A DNA stretch of 63,986 nucleotides, the filler included, from an uncultured bacterium (GTDB lineage: Bacteria; Hinthialibacterota; Hinthialibacteria; Hinthialibacterales; Hinthialibacteraceae): assembly GCA_964449065.1 (NCBI GenBank). It is 8 parts of 8 records of this genome, joined end to end, with 100 filler letters (N's around TTAATTAATTAA, not from the genome) between each part and the next. Parts side by side here need not be neighbours in the genome. Positions count along the whole stretch, not along the records: positions 16,160 to 24,125 come from CAYVAZ010000241.1; positions 24,226 to 32,187 come from CAYVAZ010000242.1; 6 more parts are not named here. One strand, 5' to 3'. This document shows positions 20,624 to 30,309 of this stretch, piece after piece. The number at the start of each line of letters is the position of its first letter. The first letter of the stretch is position 1. The position numbers and the translations under genes were made by a program. The notes under the pieces were generated by a model. That model had not been told where the DNA came from. It did no database searches and saw only the letters and a list, made by a program, of their open reading frames with translations.

Positions 20624-21057
20624 CTGCTTATGTTATTGACGCGAGTGTGGCCGTTAAGTGGGGCATTGAAGAAACCTATTGTCCTGAAGCATTGCTTTAT
20701 TTGAATACAAATGTAAATCGTATTGCACCGGACTTTATTTTGTTTGAATGCAGCAGTGCGATTCAAAAGAAGGTTTGGCAAGGGGAATTAGAAAATGTGG
20801 AAGCTTGGAGCAGCTATGAATTGATATTTGAAGAAGAAGCGCTTCAATTGAGAGATACTCAACCCCTGATCAAACCGGCGTTTAAAATTGCCAATGAATT
20901 AAGTCATTCCATCTACGATTGTTATTATCTAGCCCTGGCGTTTCAAGAAATGTGTGTCGTGGTAACAGCAGACCGCAAGTTTTATCAGCGGGTTCTTGAT
21001 AGCGCTTACCGGAATTACATGACTTGGATTGAAAATCCGCCCCGGATTGACGCGTAA
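20620..21057 (+). CDS. vapC: VapC/PIN-domain toxin
   Basis: VIDASVAVKW, E, SIYDCYYLALA, VTADRK acidic PIN motifs. Confidence 0.92.
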   Translation: MTAYVIDASVAVKWGIEETYCPEALLYLNTNVNRIAPDFILFECSSAIQKKVWQGELENVEAWSSYELIFEEEALQLRDTQPLIKPAFKIANELSHSIYDCYYLALAFQEMCVVVTADRKFYQRVLDSAYRNYMTWIENPPRIDA

Positions 21058-21074
21058 AACACGGCGTATTGTCT

Positions 21075-21617
21075 TCACCCAATCGACTCGATATACTCCA
21101 CAATCTTCTCCGGTTCCTGCATGCGGCCGATACCGGTATCACCCGAAGCCAAATCACCCTTTGCGGGCTCAATGATATGGTAGCCAAAATCAATCAGCGT
21201 TTCGATATTGCGCTGTGTCGCGGGGTGTGTCCACATTTGCGAGTGCATTGCCGGCGCCAGAATTGTGGGGCATTGAAAGCATAAAAGAACGGTAGACAGC
21301 ATATCATCCGATATCCCCGTTGCCGCTTTCGCGAGGATATTCGCGGTTGCCGGAGCCACAACCGCCAACTCGGCCCATTCCGCCAGTTCTATATGCTTTA
21401 CAGCCGGCGTGTTTGGATCCTCCCACAAACCGGTATGAACCGGGTTTTCCGACAACACCGCTAACGTGTGAGGCGTGATAAAGTGCTTCGCCGATTGTGT
21501 CATAATCACCCGCACATGTGCTTCAGCCTGTCGCAGCAATCGAACCAGATGAGCGGCTTTATAGGCCGCAATTCCTCCCGAAACCCCCAAAACAATTTTC
21601 TTCTCTTTCAGATTCAT
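21075..21617 (-). CDS. coaC: Phosphopantothenoylcysteine decarboxylase (stand-alone CoaC flavoprotein)
   Basis: LGVSGGIAAYK, HIELA, APATAN, APAMH..MW, GIGRM. Confidence 0.9.
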   Translation of the reverse strand: MNLKEKKIVLGVSGGIAAYKAAHLVRLLRQAEAHVRVIMTQSAKHFITPHTLAVLSENPVHTGLWEDPNTPAVKHIELAEWAELAVVAPATANILAKAATGISDDMLSTVLLCFQCPTILAPAMHSQMWTHPATQRNIETLIDFGYHIIEPAKGDLASGDTGIGRMQEPEKIVEYIESIG

Positions 21618-21642
21618 GTTGGCGCCTTTTTTCAATCTATAT

Positions 21643-22344
21643 TCAGATACGGAAATATTCAATCACATGCCGGGTTAATCCATCGGCAATTTCGCGCTTC
21701 GTTTTATAGGTTTCTGACATATTCACTTCAGCATTGGCATCATACCGCGCATAAATACGGGCGTGATGTTCATTACCCTGAATATGCTCTTTCAAATTCC
21801 CCACAACCAAAACCGCTCCACTGCGGTTCATCAAATCAACAGCCTTATCTTTTAGTTGAGCTTCCGGTATTCCGCTTTCCAACTTAAATCCTACGATAGC
21901 GGTGGATGGATTCCAAGACCGAATTTGTTCAATGAGTTTCTCTCCCCGCTTTAAGGTAATGACCCATGTATCTTCCTTTGAGGAATGTTTCTCGTTTGGA
22001 ATGGATTCCGGCAGATAATCCAACACCGCCGCGGCCATCACAACCAAATCAATCCTTTGATCTGTTACATGACGTTGCAGCAACTGTTTTAACTCATTGA
22101 CCGTCCGGAAAGAAAGCACCGGGATAGGCTCCAAGGTGTTATCCGCGAATAAATCTTTCGGCGTTACACTGGTTTTCCCTGCCAAGAAGATGATATCCGC
22201 ACCGGCCTGGTGCATCCGGTAGGCAATCTCAGACCCCAACCGCCCGCTGGAGTGATTGGTAATCGAGCGCACGGCATCCAACGGGGCAAACGTGGGGCCG
22301 GAGGCGATCAGGATGGTTTTTCCGGTTAAATCATTTCTTCGCAT
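21643..22344 (-). CDS. coaB: Phosphopantothenate-cysteine ligase (stand-alone CoaB)
   Basis: SGPT...LDAVRSITNHSSGRLG, AAAVLDY, VGFKLE. Confidence 0.9.
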   Translation of the reverse strand: MRRNDLTGKTILIASGPTFAPLDAVRSITNHSSGRLGSEIAYRMHQAGADIIFLAGKTSVTPKDLFADNTLEPIPVLSFRTVNELKQLLQRHVTDQRIDLVVMAAAVLDYLPESIPNEKHSSKEDTWVITLKRGEKLIEQIRSWNPSTAIVGFKLESGIPEAQLKDKAVDLMNRSGAVLVVGNLKEHIQGNEHHARIYARYDANAEVNMSETYKTKREIADGLTRHVIEYFRI

Positions 22345-22425
22345 TTCTTAAACTACCTCTGGTCGGATGATGACGGTTCAATATACTATATCTCTTTTGG
22401 GATTTTTATCGAAACAGGAAAAAAT

Positions 22426-24051
22426 ATGAATCGTATAATACTCGTTCTCAGTTTGGTTTTCGTTTCCCTTACCGGCAATACGCAGCCGGTTTCTGTCGAT
22501 CAATTGCCGGAGAGTTCCACCCGCTTTTTTGGCGAAAATGCCAACAATGAACTGGGTTTTGCCGTGGTGCCCATCGGCAATTTTAATGGGGATTCCAGAC
22601 TCGATTATGCCATATCCGACCCCATCAATGACCGGGTTTTGGTGGTGAATCCACGCAGCAATGCCGCGCAAATCAATTTGGATAACCTGCTTTTAACCCG
22701 CAATGGTTTTACAGTAAGCGGCAACTCCGGAACGGATTTTGGGGTCTCCCTCTCGGCCATCGGTGATTTTAACCAGGATGGGTTTGACGATTTGGCAATC
22801 GGTGCCCAGTTTGACGGTGAGGGGGGGAAAATTTATGTTTTGGCTGGAACCAACCGTCCCCGCTTTGATGTTACCATTTCCGATGAAGATGAGTTTATTT
22901 TAATTGTTGAAGGAACGCCAGGTGAATTGCTCGGACAAACAATCGGGAAACAAGCCAACCTGAATCAAGACCGCTTTACCGATTTGTTGATTCCATCCGA
23001 ATTTCGCTCCAGCTTTGTGGATAATGACTCCCGGTTTGGCGCGTATCATGTGATATATGGAGACTCTTCGTTTCCCCAAAAAACAGCCCCGGTTGATGTG
23101 TTGGATTCCACCAGTTTTCTAACTATCATTGCGCCATCGTTTGAGGACGCGGCGTTGAGCCAATTTGGTTCGTTAATTGAACCGGTCGGCGATGTCACTG
23201 GGGATGGTATTGAAGATATAGCCTTTTTTGGCGGAGTTGATCTGGCAAACGGTTCATCGAGTATCCGTATTATCCCAGGCGGGAACCGCTTGATCGGCAA
23301 TCAGCCCTTCGAGCGTTTGTTGTTCCCCACCCAAACCCTAACCTTTTCCCTGTTCGAGGAATCATTGATGCATCAAGTACGAAGCATGGCCGGCGGCGAT
23401 ATCAACAACGATGGCAAGGATGAATTGATTGTTGGGTTTCCTCTTGCGGATCTCTCTGGAGGAATCGAACCGAAGGGCGCGTTGGCCATTATTTCCGATG
23501 CTTCCGGCCTTGCGGTGGATGCATTCACCAATCCGAATGTGGATTGGTATGGACATTGGAAGAGCGGATCGCAATTTGGACAAAGTTTGGATGTGCGGGA
23601 TGAAACAATTGCGGTTGGGGCGCCATTCGCCGATAGTGTCTTTGGAGATCAATTCAATGCCGGCGCGGTTTATACAGTCTCACCTGCAACAGCCCCTTCG
23701 GGTAATGTCTTTCCGAATGTTCATCGCGTCGCTTCCGGCGCTGTTTATGGGGCCACCGGCAACTCGCGCTTTGGGGCGAATGTATTTTTGGTGGATTCGA
23801 ATACCGGTTCCAAACTGGAATTGTTTTCGGCATCGGTAGGAGACAAACGGGTAGGCGGTTCTGTGGCTCTTCGGCTTCCCGTTGTTGAAATACAGGGAGA
23901 TTTCGATCAAAACCAAATCCGCAATCACCGCGATTTGATCATTCTCTCAAATTCGTACCGGTCAAACGAAGCGGCAGTCAATTTGGTGCAAGACGCAACC
24001 ATTACGAATTTGGATATACTGCAATGGCAAGAAAACCGCTCAACAAAATAA
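22426..24051 (+). CDS. Secreted FG-GAP/integrin-alpha-like beta-propeller with a dockerin-like C-terminus
   Basis: Signal peptide; GDFNQDGFDDLAIGA, GDVTGDGIED, GDINNDGKDELIVG repeats; terminal GDFDQNQIRNHRDL. Confidence 0.85.
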   Translation: MNRIILVLSLVFVSLTGNTQPVSVDQLPESSTRFFGENANNELGFAVVPIGNFNGDSRLDYAISDPINDRVLVVNPRSNAAQINLDNLLLTRNGFTVSGNSGTDFGVSLSAIGDFNQDGFDDLAIGAQFDGEGGKIYVLAGTNRPRFDVTISDEDEFILIVEGTPGELLGQTIGKQANLNQDRFTDLLIPSEFRSSFVDNDSRFGAYHVIYGDSSFPQKTAPVDVLDSTSFLTIIAPSFEDAALSQFGSLIEPVGDVTGDGIEDIAFFGGVDLANGSSSIRIIPGGNRLIGNQPFERLLFPTQTLTFSLFEESLMHQVRSMAGGDINNDGKDELIVGFPLADLSGGIEPKGALAIISDASGLAVDAFTNPNVDWYGHWKSGSQFGQSLDVRDETIAVGAPFADSVFGDQFNAGAVYTVSPATAPSGNVFPNVHRVASGAVYGATGNSRFGANVFLVDSNTGSKLELFSASVGDKRVGGSVALRLPVVEIQGDFDQNQIRNHRDLIILSNSYRSNEAAVNLVQDATITNLDILQWQENRSTK

Positions 24052-24057
24052 ATTTAT

Positions 24058-24125
24058 AATTCATGTTACGCAAAATTCTATACGGTTGGTATTGTGGCGA
24101 GCTTTGAATCCGTTTCGATAGTCAC
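24058..24125 (+). mobile_element. Element end sharing the family A TIR but with a different interior
   Basis: AATTCATGTTACGCA followed by unrelated sequence up to the contig end. Confidence 0.55.
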
Positions 24126-24225
24126 NNNNNNNNNNNNNNNNNNNNNNNNNNNNNNNNNNNNNNNNNNNNTTAATTAATTAANNNNNNNNNNNNNNNNNNN
24201 NNNNNNNNNNNNNNNNNNNNNNNNN

Positions 24226-24613
24226 GCTCTCTTCGCCCTCATCTCTTATCTTCTCCCAAAGGGCTACTCTCCGTACACAACCGGGAAGCACCGGCTCCCA
24301 GCCGGTAAATGAATGCGCAACCCTGGGAGGGCGAGGCTCCCGCCGAGCCAGCGGCACGCTTTCCTTCCCCGATAATCCAAAATAAAACCGATATGAAACC
24401 CAATGAACTGAAATTGCCCGTGTCGTTATTCGCGTGAATTGGCGTGTCCTCGCGGTTAAAAAATATGAAGCATTACGGATTTAAAATTTTTTGTTTACGG
24501 AGAGCAGCCCAAAGGGAGAAGACGATAGACACTGCGTTTGACTTAGAATAGATTGCTCACAACAAAAACTATTTTTCAAGCAATCGTCAATCATGAATTG
24601 CGTAACATCAGTT
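24226..24613 (-). mobile_element. MITE family A, left half (reverse), interrupted by a nested insertion
   Basis: Flanks 24226-24261 and 24510-24613 rejoin to the reverse complement of 56112-56223 plus 56324-56362. Confidence 0.88.
24262..24509. mobile_element. 248-bp nested MITE (family B)
   Basis: TIRs GGCTACTCTCCGTA/TACGGAGAGCAGCC; direct repeat CAAAG at 24257-24261 and 24510-24514; another GGCTACTCTCCGTA at 32133-32146. Confidence 0.85.
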
Positions 24614-24614
24614 A

Positions 24615-24755
24615 ATGAAATGAATGGATCCGTCATTCACAAGAGTTAGCGCAGTGTTATCCCCCCTTGCATAAGGGGGTGGAGCCGTAGGCTCCGGGGG
24701 ATTTCGCGTTGTTGAAAGCGTGCTTCGATCCCCCCTTAATCAAGGGGGGAAACAA
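24615..24755. repeat. Triple-hairpin repeat family D
   Basis: CCCCCTTGCATAAGGGGG, GGAGCCGTAGGCTCC and CCCCCTTAATCAAGGGGG; reverse-complement copy at 60184-60341. Confidence 0.85.
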
Positions 24756-25158
24756 AGGCGAGGCTACCATCAATTCATGTGTGACGATGTAGTAGAGCAA
24801 TTCAGGTTTACGTAGAGGTACAACGTGTACATCCATGAACCGGCTGGAAGCCGGTGCTACCCGGTATAGGTGCTGCCCGGCTGTTCAACTCTGAAACGCT
24901 CTCATACTGGGCTGCCGCTTGTGAAAAGCCTGAATCAATTCCGTCAACAGAGTATACTGTCAACCATCCAGTTTATCCTTAATGAATACCCCGGTACCAT
25001 TCAGCGCCTGATACCAAAATCTATCTTGATAAGAGGGATTCAAAAAAGCACTACGCAAATTATCATTACTGTAATATACTATAGTTTTAGCAAAAAGTTT
25101 TGATGAAATTTAAGTTTTGTTCTATTGTTCACTTATTCCATACGTTGAGGGATTTACC

Positions 25159-28100
25159 ATGATACATTCATACTTGAGAAACTGTTTCATTATTGTATTT
25201 GTTCTGATGTTGGGAGCGCTATTTCCTTATGAAGGCGAAGCCTTCACGCGGCATGTTACCGTGGAAGGCAAACTGGTCCGGTGGTTTGTGGATAACCCCA
25301 CCTCACCGGAGACCACTCCATTAATTGATCTGGATGGCGACGGCCAGTATGCGGTTCGCTATATCTTTGCCGCCAGCGGCGCGTTGGATGTCGCGGATGA
25401 TTCGGAGTTCGAGGCGATTCGTTCGGCGTTTAGCGCCTATCAAAACGTGCAGGGGGCAAACCTGCAATTCTTTGAAGACCCGGAACAGGCGGCGATCGGC
25501 AATGTCGCAATGGCGAATGACGGCCGCAATCTCATCTTTTTTGATGAAGACGGCTTTACCGCCAATGGCGATATTCCGGATGACCAGCTGGCGTTGACCA
25601 AATTGACCTTTAACCCATCCACCGGTGAGTTGCTGGATGCGGATATCCGCTTTAACGCGCAGGATTATACCTGGGTGACAGAAGGCGCGGATAACGTGAC
25701 CACGTTTGATATCAAAACCGTGGCGCTCCATCAGATCGGCCGCATGATTGGCTTGGATACCGCGTTTATCACCGCGCCGTCACGCAGCCCAAACGAACTC
25801 CAGCCTGTAATGGCCCCGCTATCGAGCGGGATGAATGTAAGGACTCTGTTGAGTACGGATGATCAGGCCGGGGTTGCGGCGATGTACCCTGGAGAAGATT
25901 ACAATCAAATTTTTCAAAATATTTCCGGTACGGTGCTGCAATCGAACGGGACGGCCAACGTGTTTGGCGCGCATGTGATCGCGATCAATGCGGATACCGG
26001 AAACCCGGTTGTTTCAACAATAACCGGAAGCGGTGCTGCCGCGGATGTAGCCGGCGGCAATCAGGTTGTACCCACTTCAGGGAACTATACACTGCGCGGG
26101 GTACCGTTGGGCAGTTATTTCGTGACGGTGCAGCCGCTAAGCGGGGGAACGGTGGATCAAGATGATTTACTATCATCTTATAGCGAAATCGGAACGTTTC
26201 AAACAACATTTGATTATGAGTTTTATAACAGCAACGATGCGGCGGAAGAATTGCCGAACGCGAAGAGCGTTGTCGCGGTTGAACCGGATGGTACCAATAA
26301 TCAAATTGATGGAATTAACTTTATCACTCAATCGGCTGAAGGGTTGGGTTTAACGGATTTATCCAGCGTGGAAGTGCCGTTTGAGAATTTTACGTTTCCG
26401 TTTTTCGGTACAGAGTATACCAGCTTTTACGTGCATTCGGATGGATTTATCAGCTTTGCTACCCCGGCGGAAGACGGCAGTGAATCGACCGCTGAATTTA
26501 TTACCGATCCGCCAAAGATTGCGGCCTTGTGGGATGACTTGAATCCGGGAGTGAATGGATCAAAAGTGCAAGTCGTGCAAAGTGCTGACCGGGTGGAAGT
26601 GATTTATGCCGGCATACCGGAATTTTCCGCGCGCGGTGCCTCTACGTTTTCGATTGTGATGGAATCAAATGGAAACATCACCATAGATTATGACGCGGTC
26701 GCGACGGTGGATGACGGATTGGTGGGGATTTCTCCCGGCGGGGATATTTCGAGTTTAGAGTTAAATTTCAGCTCCATCATGCCGTCCATCAACTTTGGAT
26801 TTGTGACCCCAATCTTTGAACAGTTTTTGGGTTCGGGAGACGATAACGGTGACCCCGGCAGCAATGATGCGTTTGATTTGGACGGCGCGACGCTTTCATT
26901 CGTTCCCAGCGGCAATGGCTATACGGTTTCGTTTGAATCGGAGACGGTAGCAACACCAACACCCACTCCAACCGCGACGAATACGCCTACGGCAACACCG
27001 ACTCCCACCGCAACGCCGACACCTACGCCGATTAATGCCGCTCCTGTATTGAGTGTGAGCCCCACAAACGCGGAAATCGGGTTGGGCGGTGCGGTTATTT
27101 TTCATGTCACGGCAACGGATAGCGATAGTTCGTTTGTAACCTTTACGGATGTGCCCAAGAATACGGGAACATTCGGGACGACATCCGTGGTCGGGCCGGG
27201 TGTGTTTACCACTACCTACACCGTGACCGGAACGTTTGAATTGGCAGGTATAAACAATATCACCATTTTCGCGTCGGACGGGATCACATCCGGGATTGCT
27301 TTTGTGAGCGTAACGGTGGATGTTCCGCCGACACCCACTCCAACCTTTACGCCGGTTGTCACTCCTTCACCGACAGCCACGCCAACACCGACCGGCGAAC
27401 CGAATGCCGCGCCGAGTTTAAGTTTAAGCCCATCAAATGTATCGCTGATTGTTGGGGAGACGAAGGATGTCAATATATTCGCCTCAGATACCGACGGCGA
27501 TGAATTGAGTTTTTCTGCAGAACCGCAAGGCTTGGGTGAAATTGTGGATATCAGTAAAAGCGGCGTTTTTTATTCGGCAAAATTCCGGTTTGAAGCACAA
27601 GCCGAATTCGTGGGGGTGATTCCAGTCGAAATTGGTGTAAGCGATGGCGTGAATTCAGTTACCAAGACGGTGCAGTTTACCGTGTTTGCGGAAGGGACAA
27701 TTCCTACAAATACACCCACGGTAACGAACACGGCAACAGAAACCCCGACTCCAACCATTACGCCCACGTTTACTCATACGCCAACGCCAACGCCAACGGT
27801 GAATGTGGCACCGGAGATTACGATTGATCCGGAGACGGCGACCATCACGCAAGGAGAATCCACCACGGTAACCGTTGAAGTGCGGGAACCAAACTCGGAC
27901 GTGATTCCGCCGGGCGGATTTGAAGTGATTGATGAAGTCGGCATCTTGCAGCAGCAAGGCTTTACAAGGAGCGGAGCGTTTATCAGTGCCACCTTCTTAT
28001 TTGATGGGCTGATTAAAAATGGAGGAACTAATACAGTTATATTTAATGCTTCGGATGGTATTAATAGTGCTTCCAAAACCTTTGTGGGCACCGTGAATTT

Positions 28101-29388
28101 GATCGCGACGCCTACACCGACCCCGGTTCCGCAGGGAGATATTATAGTCGCGCAAGGGCATGGCGGCAGAACCTTCGTGCACCGGCGTGAAGTGCCCGGC
28201 GTGGTGATCGCGCCCGGCAGCGCGTTTAGCGGGTTGCCCGGCCGCTTTGCGGAAGCGACCCTCAGTTCAATGACGCGCGCGGTTTATGTATCCAGCGGCG
28301 ATGTGGACGGCGACGGCTTGGCGGATATTGTGACGTCTTACGGGCCGGACAGCGCGGGCGCCGGAGCGTTCCCCAACCAGGTACTGGTGCGGAATGCGGC
28401 GAACCGGCGGGTGATCGGGCATTCGTTTAACNNNNNNNNNNTTAACGCGTTTCCACACCGGTCCGCGGCAAGCATTAACAATCCGTATGGCGAAGTGCGC
28501 ACGGCTGTCGGACGTTTTATCCCCGGTTCGGATGCCAATCAGATCGCGGTGGCGCACGGTGTTGGCGGCGATGGATTTATACGCTTGTATGAATATACCG
28601 GCGATCCGGCCCCATTCGGTTACCGGATCGTAGCCCAATTTAGCGGCTTGGTGGCCGGCGCGGCATCGGGCAACCAAAGCGGCGGTGTTACCGTTGCGGC
28701 GGGTGACCTCACCGGAGATGGTGTGGACGAGCTGATTGTCGGCCAAACCAATAGTGAAACGTCGCGAACGGTCATTCAGTCCATTCAATTTGATCAAAAC
28801 GTTGCCATTCAGCGCAGCAGCACAATCGGCGCATTGCCGCCGGAGTTCCAAGGACTGGGCGGTGTGGAACTCGGCGTGGGCGATTTGGATGGCGACGGTG
28901 AAGTGGAACTGGTCGCGGCATCCATGGGCAACCCGGACGGATCGCAAATTGGGGAAAATACATTTAAAAATTTGGTGAGCCTCTTGCGCCCGGTCACCAC
29001 AACCGTGTTCGGTTTTACCCTGGTGCAGGGATTTGAGCGGGTTGACAAAGGGGTGGTGAGTGTCTTCTCTGCTGATGAGAATCCCTCCGGCGCGGTAACG
29101 GTTGATGTGGGCGATTTGGTGCCCGGCGGTGGCGATGAACTAGTCTTCGGGACATCCGCATTGGTCGAATTCGATACGGATACGGAAGAAATTCGCGTGA
29201 CCCACCGTCCACCGGAAGCGAAAGTGCGTGTGCTGCGGTTCTTCTTCGATGAGGAGGGCGGGTTTGACACATTTGAAAGCGCTATCGCCAACCGGACGGG
29301 AATTTTCCGGGCTTTTGTCGAAGATAACGAAGATTATTCCAACACCGTTCACACCAGCATAAGGCCGTTTGGGTTGATTTCACAATGA
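25159..29388 (+). CDS. Giant secreted protein: degenerate matrixin (M10-like) domain, CarboxypepD_reg-like, NIDO-like, PT linkers, three Ig/cadherin-like repeats, FG-GAP region
   Basis: Signal peptide; DADIRFN..W..FDIKTVALHQIGRMIGL..VMAP..STDDQAGVAAMYP; IAALWDDLNP; 10-N gap at 28432-28441 with overlapping TTAAC flanks. Confidence 0.85.
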   Translation: MIHSYLRNCFIIVFVLMLGALFPYEGEAFTRHVTVEGKLVRWFVDNPTSPETTPLIDLDGDGQYAVRYIFAASGALDVADDSEFEAIRSAFSAYQNVQGANLQFFEDPEQAAIGNVAMANDGRNLIFFDEDGFTANGDIPDDQLALTKLTFNPSTGELLDADIRFNAQDYTWVTEGADNVTTFDIKTVALHQIGRMIGLDTAFITAPSRSPNELQPVMAPLSSGMNVRTLLSTDDQAGVAAMYPGEDYNQIFQNISGTVLQSNGTANVFGAHVIAINADTGNPVVSTITGSGAAADVAGGNQVVPTSGNYTLRGVPLGSYFVTVQPLSGGTVDQDDLLSSYSEIGTFQTTFDYEFYNSNDAAEELPNAKSVVAVEPDGTNNQIDGINFITQSAEGLGLTDLSSVEVPFENFTFPFFGTEYTSFYVHSDGFISFATPAEDGSESTAEFITDPPKIAALWDDLNPGVNGSKVQVVQSADRVEVIYAGIPEFSARGASTFSIVMESNGNITIDYDAVATVDDGLVGISPGGDISSLELNFSSIMPSINFGFVTPIFEQFLGSGDDNGDPGSNDAFDLDGATLSFVPSGNGYTVSFESETVATPTPTPTATNTPTATPTPTATPTPTPINAAPVLSVSPTNAEIGLGGAVIFHVTATDSDSSFVTFTDVPKNTGTFGTTSVVGPGVFTTTYTVTGTFELAGINNITIFASDGITSGIAFVSVTVDVPPTPTPTFTPVVTPSPTATPTPTGEPNAAPSLSLSPSNVSLIVGETKDVNIFASDTDGDELSFSAEPQGLGEIVDISKSGVFYSAKFRFEAQAEFVGVIPVEIGVSDGVNSVTKTVQFTVFAEGTIPTNTPTVTNTATETPTPTITPTFTHTPTPTPTVNVAPEITIDPETATITQGESTTVTVEVREPNSDVIPPGGFEVIDEVGILQQQGFTRSGAFISATFLFDGLIKNGGTNTVIFNASDGINSASKTFVGTVNLIATPTPTPVPQGDIIVAQGHGGRTFVHRREVPGVVIAPGSAFSGLPGRFAEATLSSMTRAVYVSSGDVDGDGLADIVTSYGPDSAGAGAFPNQVLVRNAANRRVIGHSFNXXXXNAFPHRSAASINNPYGEVRTAVGRFIPGSDANQIAVAHGVGGDGFIRLYEYTGDPAPFGYRIVAQFSGLVAGAASGNQSGGVTVAAGDLTGDGVDELIVGQTNSETSRTVIQSIQFDQNVAIQRSSTIGALPPEFQGLGGVELGVGDLDGDGEVELVAASMGNPDGSQIGENTFKNLVSLLRPVTTTVFGFTLVQGFERVDKGVVSVFSADENPSGAVTVDVGDLVPGGGDELVFGTSALVEFDTDTEEIRVTHRPPEAKVRVLRFFFDEEGGFDTFESAIANRTGIFRAFVEDNEDYSNTVHTSIRPFGLISQ

Positions 29389-30176
29389 TGATTTTGTTCC
29401 GCGTTTTATGTTTTGGTTTGTTTGCTTACTTCCCGGTTGAATCTTATTCTCAACCGGGAATTGATTTTTTGCTGTGGAACGAACGCGGCGGAATGATCGA
29501 AAACGCGACCCTTGAACCGGTAATTCCACGGTTGGAAGAACATTGGCATGAGCGGTTGCTGCCCTCAATGCTTTCGGTGCGGTTGAACATTCACGCGGCG
29601 AAGACGGATTCGCTGCAATACTTCCGGCAGATGATCGAGCGGATGCAGCCGGCCTGTTTGGAAGGGGAACCCGCGTTTGTGGAGTACGCGGTGAACCCGC
29701 ATCGGCAAATGAAGTACATCCCGGTATTGCAATCGAGCCATCCGCTGGCGGCGGAATTGGTATTTCGCAGTCCGTCACCGAATTGGGAAGCCGTGTTGGG
29801 AGTGGTGCATCCATCCTACAGCGCGGGCGGGCGGCTGCAGATTGCGTATTGGGAAGCTCAGCAGGAATTTACGCCGAAAACGGTTGCGTTTGATACCACA
29901 CATGAAACACTGCTGCATTTGATGGTGGGAAGCGTGCAGGCGGCGGCGGTTCCGCATGGGGCGTTGGAGCGGTTTTTGGGGGAGCAAAACCGTATGGATT
30001 TGCTGGACCGCTTTCATCGGATTAAAATTGAGAACCCGTTGCCCGCGGTGATGATTTATCTGCGGCAGGATTGGTATGAAGATACCCTGCGGCGGACATT
30101 AATTTCAGAGACGTGGCTGCGGGATTGTTTTCCGGAACGTTTGCGGATCGTGCCGCAGCCGGTTTCGTATTTTTGA
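29385..30176 (+). CDS. Probable periplasmic binding-fold (PhnD-like) protein
   Basis: Signal-like N-terminus; HPSYSAGG and THETLLHLMVGSVQAAAV resemble PBP type 2 motifs; ATGA overlap with upstream gene. Confidence 0.5.
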   Translation: MMILFRVLCFGLFAYFPVESYSQPGIDFLLWNERGGMIENATLEPVIPRLEEHWHERLLPSMLSVRLNIHAAKTDSLQYFRQMIERMQPACLEGEPAFVEYAVNPHRQMKYIPVLQSSHPLAAELVFRSPSPNWEAVLGVVHPSYSAGGRLQIAYWEAQQEFTPKTVAFDTTHETLLHLMVGSVQAAAVPHGALERFLGEQNRMDLLDRFHRIKIENPLPAVMIYLRQDWYEDTLRRTLISETWLRDCFPERLRIVPQPVSYF

Positions 30177-30249
30177 CGAAATCCAGCTCATTCTTTTCAG
30201 CTGTTTCATTCTTGGCTATCATTTTTAGATTATTCTTGTTTGGATAGAC

Positions 30250-30277
30250 GTAAGGGCTCATTGCAATGCGCCCTTAC
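30250..30277. repeat. REP-like palindrome
   Basis: GTAAGGGCTCATTGCAATGCGCCCTTAC; related GGGGCACATTGCAATGTGCCCC at 32471-32492. Confidence 0.65.
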
Positions 30278-30309
30278 TGAACGCTTTTTGTGGTTTTGAA
30301 AGTGAATGT

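Noticed and set aside
26945..27030. Tandem DNA repeats or CRISPR-like pattern (also 27325-27395, 27700-27800 and in tonB)
   Set aside because: Pro/Thr linker codons; no repeat-spacer array seen anywhere in the window
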